Below are positions 31,663 to 41,395 of a DNA stretch of 64,000 nt, piece after piece (position 1 is the first letter of the stretch; every line of letters starts with the position of its first letter). Both the position numbers and the translations under genes were made by a program. Source of the DNA: Bacteroidota bacterium (GTDB taxonomy: Bacteria; Bacteroidota; Ignavibacteria; UBA10030); contig JAOAFT010000004.1 of the NCBI GenBank assembly GCA_026416125.1, positions 70,448 through 134,447 on the forward strand. Reading direction: 5' to 3'. A model generated the notes under the pieces. It saw only the letters and a list, made by a program, of their open reading frames with translations. It was not told where the DNA came from and did no database searches.

Positions 31663-34527
31663 ATGGGGGTATCATTCTCAGAAACAGTACTTTCTTTACT
31701 TCGGGATGAGTACGAACAGAAGAAGCTAACACTTCGAACGATAACTCTCTTTGGAGGAAAACGTGTAGCGACTTTTGCTGGATTTGTGTACTACTGTTTC
31801 GAAGTACCGGAAGAAACGGTACCACAGTGGGGCAAAATAGTAACGTGCACAATAGGGACGAAGGAACAACTTACTTTCGAAGGATACATTGTTGAACTCG
31901 AAAATCAATTTCTTACGATTGCTTTTCCACATGATTTTGGTGTTGATGTACCTGAAGTCCAATGCCTCTGGCGTTTAGAGCAAGTGTACACGTGTCTTCA
32001 CAATCTTCTACAGTCAGAGCAGGTTCGGGAATTTGTTGCAACTCAACTTTTTTCACCTACAAAAGTCCCAAACACACATTGTGTGTATTCTGAGCCGTGG
32101 ATCCCGGAACAACACTTTCCTGAACAAAGAGAGGTTGTTCAAAAAGTGTTTAGGAACAAAGTAACCCTTATATGGGGGCCTGCTACTTCGGGAAAATCGT
32201 ACGCACTCGCGCTTGCAGCTGTGAACTACACAATGCTTGGCAAAACAGCACTTGTGGTAACTCCAACGAGTACTAAAGCAGATGCTCTCTTTCTGCAGAT
32301 CCTTGCGATTGCACAACAGTCGGGAGTACCACATGAACGTGAGTACACACGGTACGGCTTTCCCATGTCAAATACATTGAGATGTATTACAGGATATTCA
32401 TTTGCTGAAGAAGTAGAAGCATTGAAAGAAAAGAAACGAGCGGGAGTTCGAGATCAATGGTTACTTCTAGAAAAGTATAAAAACCTAAAACGAAAACAAG
32501 TACTCAATGAATATTTTTATCGATCGGTACAAGAACTTCGAGAACAAGTAACAGGGTTGAGAGCGCAAATATCAACCCTCGAACATGAAATCGAAGACTA
32601 TACTCGTCAAATAGAATTACACAATGGTTCGTCGTTACTTCAGCGAGTTAAGAAAGGTTTTTCACGGGAAGAGCGGGAAACCCTTCAAAAACGGTGCACC
32701 GTAGCAAAACAAGAATTGAAGTATCTCACTACACTCCAGACGAAACTCAGTGAGACAATAACATTAAAGGAACTTGGTGCCCCTATCACTGTTGATGAAT
32801 GGAAAGAATATAGGGATGTGCTCCGACAAATTGATGAATTCGGTGGTCTGGAAACTGTCCAGAGAAGTGTGGATGATTTTGTCCATATCAATGAAAACAT
32901 GGTGTTTCTCTCGAAGCGTTTGGTGTGTGCGGATACTGCAGAAATTTTTGCTCACCCAATGCTCTGGGAACGTCGCTATGATATCGTGCTTGTTGATGAT
33001 GTACAGTACGTCGATATACCAACACTCTATGCTCTTTCTATGCTTGCACGTGAGAAAGTTGTTGTTGCTGGTGATCCCTTGTGCTACAACCAGGATATGC
33101 TGGCTCTAAGTGTCCCGAAAGACCAACAATGTTCACGCACTATTTTCCAATGCATAGCACATACAAGTGAGCTTCATAAGTTACTCATGTGGTCAAAACA
33201 GAACGACGATTGGGTTGTTCTAATGAAATCACATATTACTTCAATCCCGAAGGTGTCATCGTTCATTTCTTCTGTACTCTATGATGATGGAATTACTATT
33301 TTTATTAACCCACGTTTGAAAGGGAAACTGTACTTCATTGATACAACCTCACTTCAACCTGAATGTAAACAGTACATTGGGAAGAAGAAAATTGTACCAT
33401 TCAACGAACAACATACCCGTGTTGTTCTCAATTGTGTAAAGCATGCTTTGTTGAAAGATAACCGCACGGGAAATGATATAGGTATTGTTCTTCCTTTTAC
33501 AGGACCAACACTCTATACGAAGCTCCAAGTACGTTTACAGGGTATGAAGAACATCGAAGTTGGCACTCCAAATAACTTCTATAATCGGCGAAAACCTGTG
33601 ATTATTTTCGATACTACTATGGCTGGTGTCGATTACACAATGCGTCCACTAGACGATAAGAAAGTGGGGAAACAGAAAATACTAGAACTGTTGAATACGG
33701 TGTGCTCATGTGCAAGTGAAGATCTCTACATCCTTGCAGATCTTTCTCACTTTAAAAATGTATACAAAGATCGGCTCATTACTCAACTGCTCCACACATT
33801 ACACGCTGAAGCTGATGTTCGAGAGATTTCATTCGATGAGGTACTCCAACGATACCAAGGAATTGATCTGCGAAAACGGGAGGCTCTTTTTGCCCTTACT
33901 TCTGAAGTACAACGACCTGAAAGTATCAAGAAAAATACGAAGTCTGTGCAGGAAGAAGATGCAGAGTTTGCCTTGCGCATGAAAATGATGACAGCAAAAA
34001 AAACAGAACCCCCAATAGCTACAATGTCGAAAAACGAAGAACGGTTCTATACTACTGTTCACCGCGTGTTGGGGTACTGGCGCGATATCAATCTTCTTGC
34101 TCAGTATACAGGATACGGCATAGTGTTCCATAGCTCATTAGTTGCAGAACGAAGTGTGACTGTTCTACCGTTTGAGAACTGTGATTCAGATAAACAGTTC
34201 CGAATACTCGTTGAACAATGGAACCACATCATTTATGAATTATCAGGGGGAAATGAACCGTTCTCTGAGTGGTGTTTGCAGCGGAACATCGAAACACGAC
34301 CTCGCTACGATATTTTTAAGCTCAATGCAGTCCTTAACTCTCGGGCAGAGGCATTACTCCAAGAAGGGAAACAAAAACTAGCAGCAGATGTTACACGAAT
34401 ATTTCAAGAAATACTTGGTAAACCGCAACCGGTCACGCCAAGTGATTGGGAAACACTGTACTACAGCATGTTGGTACGATTAGAAACGTACCTTCATTGG
34501 ATTGAGGAGCAGATTCGAAAAGGGTAG
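31663..34527 (+). CDS. Upf1/DNA2-like SF1 helicase-fold protein with degenerate motifs and coiled-coil insert
   Basis: Motifs in helicase order: WGPATSGKS, VVTPT, VLVDDVQ, VAGDP, DIGIVLPF, EVGT, NTVCSCA. GAGG RBS before ATG 31663 (the ORF track starts it at 31615). Confidence 0.75.
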   Translation: MGVSFSETVLSLLRDEYEQKKLTLRTITLFGGKRVATFAGFVYYCFEVPEETVPQWGKIVTCTIGTKEQLTFEGYIVELENQFLTIAFPHDFGVDVPEVQCLWRLEQVYTCLHNLLQSEQVREFVATQLFSPTKVPNTHCVYSEPWIPEQHFPEQREVVQKVFRNKVTLIWGPATSGKSYALALAAVNYTMLGKTALVVTPTSTKADALFLQILAIAQQSGVPHEREYTRYGFPMSNTLRCITGYSFAEEVEALKEKKRAGVRDQWLLLEKYKNLKRKQVLNEYFYRSVQELREQVTGLRAQISTLEHEIEDYTRQIELHNGSSLLQRVKKGFSREERETLQKRCTVAKQELKYLTTLQTKLSETITLKELGAPITVDEWKEYRDVLRQIDEFGGLETVQRSVDDFVHINENMVFLSKRLVCADTAEIFAHPMLWERRYDIVLVDDVQYVDIPTLYALSMLAREKVVVAGDPLCYNQDMLALSVPKDQQCSRTIFQCIAHTSELHKLLMWSKQNDDWVVLMKSHITSIPKVSSFISSVLYDDGITIFINPRLKGKLYFIDTTSLQPECKQYIGKKKIVPFNEQHTRVVLNCVKHALLKDNRTGNDIGIVLPFTGPTLYTKLQVRLQGMKNIEVGTPNNFYNRRKPVIIFDTTMAGVDYTMRPLDDKKVGKQKILELLNTVCSCASEDLYILADLSHFKNVYKDRLITQLLHTLHAEADVREISFDEVLQRYQGIDLRKREALFALTSEVQRPESIKKNTKSVQEEDAEFALRMKMMTAKKTEPPIATMSKNEERFYTTVHRVLGYWRDINLLAQYTGYGIVFHSSLVAERSVTVLPFENCDSDKQFRILVEQWNHIIYELSGGNEPFSEWCLQRNIETRPRYDIFKLNAVLNSRAEALLQEGKQKLAADVTRIFQEILGKPQPVTPSDWETLYYSMLVRLETYLHWIEEQIRKG

Positions 34528-34960
34528 GCAATGTTGGTAGGGGTTCTTAATGCAACCAACAGCACGGTGAGTATGTAAATGTGAGGAGTTTTAGAGAAAT
34601 TTGGACAAACAAGAAGTGATCATGAAAAGGAAGAACATGTGTTTTCTACAAATGTCTCACTTATAGTTGCTGTATCTCGTTGGCTAGTTCAGCAGAGATA
34701 ACATGTTCTTTGCGTTTCGACATGAAATATGAGGGTAAGCTCAAAGTAAAAAGGTGGATAATCTTGATAATAACTGGCTCGATTGGTATATTGTAAACGT
34801 ATGGTAGCACAAGTATACCACTGGAAACTTGTCAGTAGCCTCGAGTCAACGACCTCTTGTTGTTGTCTTACCACGCTACGTTAATTGCACTTAACATTAC
34901 CCTTTATTCCTTATTTTATAGTTAACCAAAATCCACTTAATATTGAAACGGTGTACTGCT

Positions 34961-35824
34961 ATGAATACACAATTCGAATATCAAAACAACCTTCAAGCAT
35001 TTGCTACTACCTTGAAGCAGAGGCGTGAACACCACAACCTCGGAATCGAACTTAAGAGAGAATCACAGGAGTTTGTCGATACGCTATTAAGTATTCTCTT
35101 TCCTCATTTCTCCAGGGAGAGTGCTATTACCGAGTATGAAATACTTGCTCATCTGGCACTTCTTGAACGAGATCTAAAGAAGATCCTAGTACCTGTTCTC
35201 CGGGAAAGCTCACTATCACCTGAGGATGTCGCTCACCGTTTTATAGAATCGTTGCCACGTATTCACGATTTGCTATGGAAAGACGCCGAAGCTATTAACG
35301 AAGGTGATCCAGCTGCTGAGAGTGTTGACGAAGTAATACTAGCCTATCCTGGTTTCCTCGCTATTGCAATGTATCGGATCGCCCACGAATTTTACTTGAT
35401 GCACGTTCCAATATTCCCTCGACTCATTACCGAGTATGCACACGAGAAAACAGGAATCGACATTCATCCGGGTGCGCAAATTGGTACCTCGTTTGCTATT
35501 GATCATGGAACAGGGATCGTTATTGGTGAATCGACAATTATCGGTAACAACGTAAAGATTTACCAAGGTGTAACACTTGGTGCATTGAGTGTTGATAAGA
35601 AACTTGCAAAGTCAAAACGACATCCAACAATTGAAGACAATGTGGTGATCTATGCACAAGCAGTTATCCTCGGTGGTGAGACGGTTGTTGGACACCACAG
35701 CATTATTGGAGGAAACGTTTGGCTTACTCACAGTGTACCACCATATTCTGTTGTCTATCAGGAACAGCAATCGCATGTGCACAGTAAAAATGTGCCTGGC
35801 GAATCACTTGTATATTACATTTAA
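34961..35824 (+). CDS. cysE: Serine O-acetyltransferase (EpsC/CysE type)
   Basis: GDPAA, YPGF, TGIDIHPGA, IDHGTGIVIGE, YQGVTLG, KRHPTI. Confidence 0.93.
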   Translation: MNTQFEYQNNLQAFATTLKQRREHHNLGIELKRESQEFVDTLLSILFPHFSRESAITEYEILAHLALLERDLKKILVPVLRESSLSPEDVAHRFIESLPRIHDLLWKDAEAINEGDPAAESVDEVILAYPGFLAIAMYRIAHEFYLMHVPIFPRLITEYAHEKTGIDIHPGAQIGTSFAIDHGTGIVIGESTIIGNNVKIYQGVTLGALSVDKKLAKSKRHPTIEDNVVIYAQAVILGGETVVGHHSIIGGNVWLTHSVPPYSVVYQEQQSHVHSKNVPGESLVYYI

Positions 35825-35843
35825 TTAAAAGGAGGGTTACTAA

Positions 35844-36758
35844 ATGAAAGCTACATCTATTCTCAACCTCATTGGGAATACACCTCATCTCCGGTTGCAA
35901 CGACTCTTTCCAAACACAGAAGTGTGGGTAAAGCTTGAGCGCGCGAATCCAGGTGGAAGTATAAAAGACCGTATTGCGCTTTCGATGATTGAAAACGCCG
36001 AACAAAGAGGAATTCTTACACGGGAAAGCGTTATTATTGAGCCAACCTCTGGCAATACCGGAATTGGGCTTGCGATGGTTGCAGCGGTGAAGGGTTACAA
36101 AGTGATTCTCGTTATGCCAGAGTCGATGTCGCTCGAACGGCGTCGGTTACTGAAAGCGTACGGTGCTCAACTTGAACTTACTCCACGCGAAAAAGGGATG
36201 AAAGGAGCAATCGAACGTGCCAAGGAACTAGCATCACAAATTCCCCATGCGTGGATTCCACAACAATTCGAGAACGAAGCGAATACTGAAATTCATCGTA
36301 GAACCACTGCCCAAGAAATCCTTGCTGATTTCCCTGAAGGGTTCGATGTTCTCATTACTGGTGTTGGTACTGGGGGTCACATTACTGGTTGCGCTGAGGT
36401 TCTTAAGCACCATTTCCCAAAACTCAAGGTCTTTGCTGTAGAGCCAGCACAGTCACCAGTACTCAGTGGTGGCCAACCAGCTCCGCATCCCATTCAAGGT
36501 ATTGGAGCTGGATTCGTGCCAAAAATACTGAATGTTTCTATTCTTGATGGAATTATTCAGATTTCGAAGGAGGAAGCATTTGAGTATGCCCAACGTGCGG
36601 CACGTGAAGAAGGTCTCTTCATTGGAATTTCAAGTGGTGCATCGTTAGCAGCAGTAGCCAAAAAAATCCCTGAACTTCCGAAGGGGAGTCGTATTCTGAC
36701 TTTCAATTACGATACCGGTGAACGCTATCTCTCTATTGAGGGACTGTTTCCACAATGA
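35844..36758 (+). CDS. cysK: Cysteine synthase A
   Basis: NPGGSIKDR (PLP Lys), [30 protein letters not shown]. Confidence 0.96.
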   Translation: MKATSILNLIGNTPHLRLQRLFPNTEVWVKLERANPGGSIKDRIALSMIENAEQRGILTRESVIIEPTSGNTGIGLAMVAAVKGYKVILVMPESMSLERRRLLKAYGAQLELTPREKGMKGAIERAKELASQIPHAWIPQQFENEANTEIHRRTTAQEILADFPEGFDVLITGVGTGGHITGCAEVLKHHFPKLKVFAVEPAQSPVLSGGQPAPHPIQGIGAGFVPKILNVSILDGIIQISKEEAFEYAQRAAREEGLFIGISSGASLAAVAKKIPELPKGSRILTFNYDTGERYLSIEGLFPQ

Positions 36759-36843
36759 ATGCGGCTCTGAAGATTTTACTGAAATCAAACTACTGTCTAA
36801 GGAACAAAATTCTTCTTGTAGTCGTTTAATAAAATATAGAATA

Positions 36844-37218
36844 ATGAAGCAATTATTAACCATAGGGATACTTACGACATATTTGGTTGTAGCTATCGGT
36901 GTCCCACTTTTGTTGCATTTTTGCGCAAACGACCTGTCGTCAATACGCTTCTTCTTTATCGATTCACCATCATGTGGATGCAGTGATAATGAGTGTTCAA
37001 CAGAATGTTGCACAGAAGTTCTTCATCTCATCCAGTTCAAAGAACCACAAGGAAATGGTGTACTTCAACTTCTTCTGAAATACACTGCTGATTATTCACA
37101 CGTTCCCCCATTATCCAAAGATCATTTCGCTCGCTGGAACTTGAGCGATTACCATCCCTCAGCAAGGTACTCTACCACGCTATTCCTGTTTCTTCTACAT
37201 TGTACACTTCTCGTGTAG
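36844..37218 (+). CDS. HYC_CC_PP-like Cys-rich small protein (putative metal-responsive leader/accessory)
   Basis: Signal-like N-terminus, HFC, SCGC...CC, HVPP, hydrophobic C-terminus LFLLHCTLLV. Sits ahead of HMA and TonB receptor genes. Confidence 0.7.
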   Translation: MKQLLTIGILTTYLVVAIGVPLLLHFCANDLSSIRFFFIDSPSCGCSDNECSTECCTEVLHLIQFKEPQGNGVLQLLLKYTADYSHVPPLSKDHFARWNLSDYHPSARYSTTLFLFLLHCTLLV

Positions 37219-37384
37219 GTATACATTGTGCTCTCCACACTTGCACTCAGCACATGTTACCAAAGTGTGCCGTTGGGTATAATGAAAAACCCGAATACTT
37301 TGGAGCAATAAGTTACTAAAAATCCTCCATAGCCGTATGTGCTCGGACTTTACTACAGTGTACAATGTTTGAACAAGGTGTTGT

Positions 37385-37720
37385 ATGGTAATGACTGCTA
37401 AACTTATAGTTTGCTTTGTAGTTTTTTTAGGTATCATCCTTCCCCAAGTGGAAAATATTGTAGAAACAAAGTTTTATGTTTTTGGAAACTGTGCCCATTG
37501 CAAAACCCGTATTGAAAATGCTCTTAAAATTCCTGAGGTAGTATCCTCACAATGGAGCATATCAACGAAGTATGTACGTGTGGTGTACAATCCACGAGCT
37601 ATTTCTCTCGATTCACTCCAGAAACGTATTGCAGCAATCGGTCATGATACCGAACAACATCGGGCTCCAGATTCCGTCTATAGCTCTCTTCCAAAGTGTT
37701 GTAAATACCGCAGACAATAA
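37385..37720 (+). CDS. Exported heavy-metal-associated (HMA) domain protein
   Basis: Signal peptide, GNCAHCKTRIE (CxxC), C-terminal LPKCCKY. Confidence 0.88.
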   Translation: MVMTAKLIVCFVVFLGIILPQVENIVETKFYVFGNCAHCKTRIENALKIPEVVSSQWSISTKYVRVVYNPRAISLDSLQKRIAAIGHDTEQHRAPDSVYSSLPKCCKYRRQ

Positions 37721-37841
37721 ATCATCACATACCTGTGGATGGAACGAAATGAGGTAGATGCTTTACTACTTCGTTGTTTACTTAAAGTGGATGTTGTTGC
37801 AGAGAGAGTGTCTAGTACAAATGTATATTGATGAGGTGCGT

Positions 37842-40064
37842 ATGAAACTAATGCACAGCGTTTTGCTTTTTCTTTCTTTTATAATTCCACTCTACAGTCA
37901 AACTCTCTTACAAGGCGTTGTTGTACGAGAAGAAAACGGCGATGAAATTCCTCTCATAGGTGCATTAGTCAGGTGGAAGGGTACATCAATTGGCACCACT
38001 ACAAATGAAGAGGGTCAATTTTCAATCCCCAGAACACGAGAAACGAACCAACTTATTGTTAGCTACATTGGGTATCGCAGTGATACTGTCGATGCAGCAA
38101 TGAAACATTTTATTAAGGTTATACTTACACCAACACCACAATCAATTGCGGAGGTAACAGTCGAAGGGGAACGGTTACCGAGATACATTGATTATTCAGA
38201 TCCCTTCAATAAAAACGTAATAACAGAGAAAGAACTCTTCCGTGCTGCATGCTGTAATCTTTCAGAAAGCTTTACCACAAATCCATCTGTTGATGTAACA
38301 TTCACCGATGCTATTACCGGAACGAAACAAATAGAAATGTTGGGACTTTCTAGTGTATACACTCAAATAACAGCGGAGAATATGCCATTCATACGTGGTT
38401 TTCTTTCCAACGTGGGCTTAACGTTTATTCCTGGCCCATGGATTGATGTCATCAATGTGTCAAAAGGTATAGGTTCTGTCGTTAATGGTTACGAATCAAT
38501 CACCGGACAAATAGATATTTCATTTCGACAACCCAATGATGAAAATCAAAAGACGATTTTCCTAAATCTTTACGGCAATCATGAACAACGGTACGAGGCA
38601 AATCTTAATATTCGGAATGAGATAACAGAACACTTACATTCAATGACATTCCTCCATGGAAGTACACAGCGCCACGCAATTGATGGTAATCGTGATGGTT
38701 TCCTTGATAGTCCGTTATTTTCAACAACGAATCTCCTCCAACTCATAGGCTATCGCGATGAAACTGGTTTTGAGAGTCACTTTGGTGTCCATCTTCTTGA
38801 TGAGACAAAGCACGGTGGTACGTACGATCGAGACCCTCCTACATCGTATCACTTTAATGCACAACACTCGTTAGTACGAATGTTTTGGAAGTCTGGGATC
38901 GTTGACCAAACGCATGAAGGGAGAAGCATAGGGCTGCAATGTTCGTACACAGAATATCGAAGTAAAAATCAATTTGGAGTACACCCATACGAAGCTCGTG
39001 AACAAAGTGGGGGTATTAACCTAATTTACCAAGACCACGTTGGAAGTGAACTACACACGTATCGAACAGGTATTAGTTTCCTTTACGGTTTGTACAAGGA
39101 ACGCTTTGACAGAGTACCCTTTGCACGTCTTGAACGAATTCCAGGAATTTTCGTCGAGTATACATTTACACCGAATGAAGACGTAACTGTTGTCGCGGGA
39201 GTTCGTTTTGATAAGCACAATGCATATGGCACGATGGCAACTCCACGAATTCATCTCCGTTTGAGTCCAACACCAGATTGGGTATTCCGTTTTTCAGGAG
39301 GTCGAGGGTTTCGAACAGCAAATATCTTTGCTGAAAACACATCAGCCTTAACAAGTGGACGAGCAATACGTATAATTCCAACGAATAACATCGGATATGG
39401 CATGCTCCAGGAAGCAGCGTGGACATTTGGATTCAACCTTGTTCACTTCTTTTTGGTGAACTCACATGAAGCAACCGTCGCAGTCGATGTGTATAGAACA
39501 ATGTTCGATCGGGTTGTACTCGTCGATCTTGACTCTGATGCAAGTGAAGTACGGTTTTATTCCGTAGCGAACGGTGCAGTTTCAACAAGCATTCAATGTG
39601 AAACAACTATTCGACCATTCAAGCACTTTCTTATTTCAACTGCTTATCGATACCTTAATACACGCCAAGCGTATGCCGGTGTATGGAAATTACGACCGTT
39701 CACAGCAAAACATCGTGTACTCGGAACGTTATCCTATCAATTTGAACAAGGGGAAAAAGTTTGCACACCCTCAACAATCGATCTTACAATTCAATGGTTT
39801 GGGGAAAAGCGGTTACCACCAAGTGCTTCAAATGTTATTGGTGAAGAAAATTCACCGTCGTTTGCAGTTGTTAATATTCAATTGACTACTTCGCTTACAA
39901 CACACACAGAACTTTACTCTGGGGTTGAGAACCTCTTTGATTTCAAACAATCGCGAGTAATTATTAACGGTGATGTGCCACTACATCCTACTTTTGATGC
40001 TTCTCGCATTTGGGGACCTCTTATGGGGAGAATGGTATACCTTGGGATAAGGTATAGGCTCTAA
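37842..40064 (+). CDS. TonB-dependent receptor (heavy-metal-associated Bacteroidota type)
   Basis: N-terminal carboxypeptidase-regulatory-like domain (GTTTNEEGQFSI), plug motif AACCNLSESF, GVENLFD, terminal GRMVYLGIRYRL. Confidence 0.9.
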   Translation: MKLMHSVLLFLSFIIPLYSQTLLQGVVVREENGDEIPLIGALVRWKGTSIGTTTNEEGQFSIPRTRETNQLIVSYIGYRSDTVDAAMKHFIKVILTPTPQSIAEVTVEGERLPRYIDYSDPFNKNVITEKELFRAACCNLSESFTTNPSVDVTFTDAITGTKQIEMLGLSSVYTQITAENMPFIRGFLSNVGLTFIPGPWIDVINVSKGIGSVVNGYESITGQIDISFRQPNDENQKTIFLNLYGNHEQRYEANLNIRNEITEHLHSMTFLHGSTQRHAIDGNRDGFLDSPLFSTTNLLQLIGYRDETGFESHFGVHLLDETKHGGTYDRDPPTSYHFNAQHSLVRMFWKSGIVDQTHEGRSIGLQCSYTEYRSKNQFGVHPYEAREQSGGINLIYQDHVGSELHTYRTGISFLYGLYKERFDRVPFARLERIPGIFVEYTFTPNEDVTVVAGVRFDKHNAYGTMATPRIHLRLSPTPDWVFRFSGGRGFRTANIFAENTSALTSGRAIRIIPTNNIGYGMLQEAAWTFGFNLVHFFLVNSHEATVAVDVYRTMFDRVVLVDLDSDASEVRFYSVANGAVSTSIQCETTIRPFKHFLISTAYRYLNTRQAYAGVWKLRPFTAKHRVLGTLSYQFEQGEKVCTPSTIDLTIQWFGEKRLPPSASNVIGEENSPSFAVVNIQLTTSLTTHTELYSGVENLFDFKQSRVIINGDVPLHPTFDASRIWGPLMGRMVYLGIRYRL

Positions 40065-40669
40065 ACTAAGTATAAGTTTTACTATTGACAATAACGTGAA
40101 AAATCTGTACTTACCCGTAAGTTAAGGGTTTGGGAGGTTTGCTCGCATATTACAAAATACTACCAAAAGGGAAAACCAAGAGGTACAAAGTTTCTTCTAA
40201 AGATAAATGATGAGCGGAAGAATAAATTTTAGTTAAGAAATTTTTGATTTCTAGAATTTTTAAGAATAACTCTATTCAAGCTTTTCAACATGGAGAGGGA
40301 AGTGAAGGAGGAAGAATTATTCACCACGCTAATTTAATCACTTAATCAATAAAGTAGAAGTAGAAGTTTGTTTATAGTAAAACTATAATAGCAAGTGCAC
40401 AGAAGATCAAGATAGATGAGTTTTCTTGGAAACTGTTTCATTTTCAAATTGATTTATGGCAAAATTTTAAGGCTGTGTTTTCCAAGAAATAGGGTGAAAT
40501 TCAGGTAATAATGAAAAAAATATTTTAATGTATTACATATTTTTTCGACTTGCGTATGTTGATAATTATTCGGTCACCACCGTACTCAAACATTTTTAGT
40601 ATAATTGCTCCAGTCTAAACTTTACTGAGCACTATAGTTGTTACAAACTATAAAAAAAGGGGGATAACG

Positions 40670-41320
40670 ATGAAAACTATAAACGTTTTTTTGATTGCGA
40701 TTCTTATTTTATCTTTTTTGTTTTTAAGCTGTAAAGGTGACAAGGGTGAGAAAGGAGATATGGGACCCGTTGGGCCAGCAGGTCCAGCAGGGCATACATT
40801 CACACCACTGTGGGAGGACTTTGAAACAGGAGACTTTTCTAAATATCCCTGGCAACATTCAGGAAGTGCATACTGGTCTGTCACGAGTGCAACGGCATTC
40901 TTTGGTACGCAGTCAGTAAGATCCGGGACAATATCGCATAATCAGAAATCTGATCTTACAATTGCAGTAAATTTGTCAAAAGCATCACTCTTATACTATT
41001 ACTACAAAACAAGTTGTGAATCAGGGTATGATGGCTTAATTTTTTATATTGACAACATACAACGAACTAGTCATTCCGGAGTTATGAGTGGATGGGGATT
41101 AACATACTTTGTATTACCACCAGGTAATCATACACTCAAGTGGTCATATGTAAAGGATGGAACAAATTCAGCAGGGTCAGACTGTGCTTGGCTTGATGGA
41201 ATTTATATTTCTGATTACACTACAGCTAAAGTGAGTGAATTAGCTAGTATTGCCGAGCAATTAAATAAATCGGTGAACTGTGTACCACTTAAACTAGGTA
41301 CCGTTGAAAAGAAGTACTAA
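40670..41320 (+). CDS. Lipoprotein with short collagen-like stalk and beta-sandwich domain
   Basis: Lipobox FLSC, then GDKGEKGDMGPVGPAGPAG. ESGYDGLIFYID...HTLKWSYVKD...DCAWLD resembles an extracellular jelly-roll module. Confidence 0.8.
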   Translation: MKTINVFLIAILILSFLFLSCKGDKGEKGDMGPVGPAGPAGHTFTPLWEDFETGDFSKYPWQHSGSAYWSVTSATAFFGTQSVRSGTISHNQKSDLTIAVNLSKASLLYYYYKTSCESGYDGLIFYIDNIQRTSHSGVMSGWGLTYFVLPPGNHTLKWSYVKDGTNSAGSDCAWLDGIYISDYTTAKVSELASIAEQLNKSVNCVPLKLGTVEKKY

Positions 41321-41346
41321 TCAATATAATATAAAAAGTATAAAAC

Positions 41347-41395
41347 TGAGGAGGTTATTGTAAGGTAATGATGAGATCCAACGATAACCTCCTCA
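41347..41395 (+). terminator. Stem-loop downstream of the collagen lipoprotein gene
   Basis: 12-bp perfect inverted repeat TGAGGAGGTTAT / ATAACCTCCTCA with a 25-nt loop. No clear U-tract. Confidence 0.45.

Noticed and set aside
34689-34874. 61-aa minus-strand ORF upstream of cysE
   Set aside because: No recognisable motif or convincing RBS; consistent with a chance ORF.
34530-34960. SAM-I riboswitch or T-box before cysE-cysK
   Set aside because: Core consensus elements were not found.
40140-40660. Cyclic-di-GMP riboswitch before the collagen lipoprotein
   Set aside because: Only fragments (CAAAG, GTCTAA) resemble the motif; the GAAA-tetraloop P2 stem is missing.
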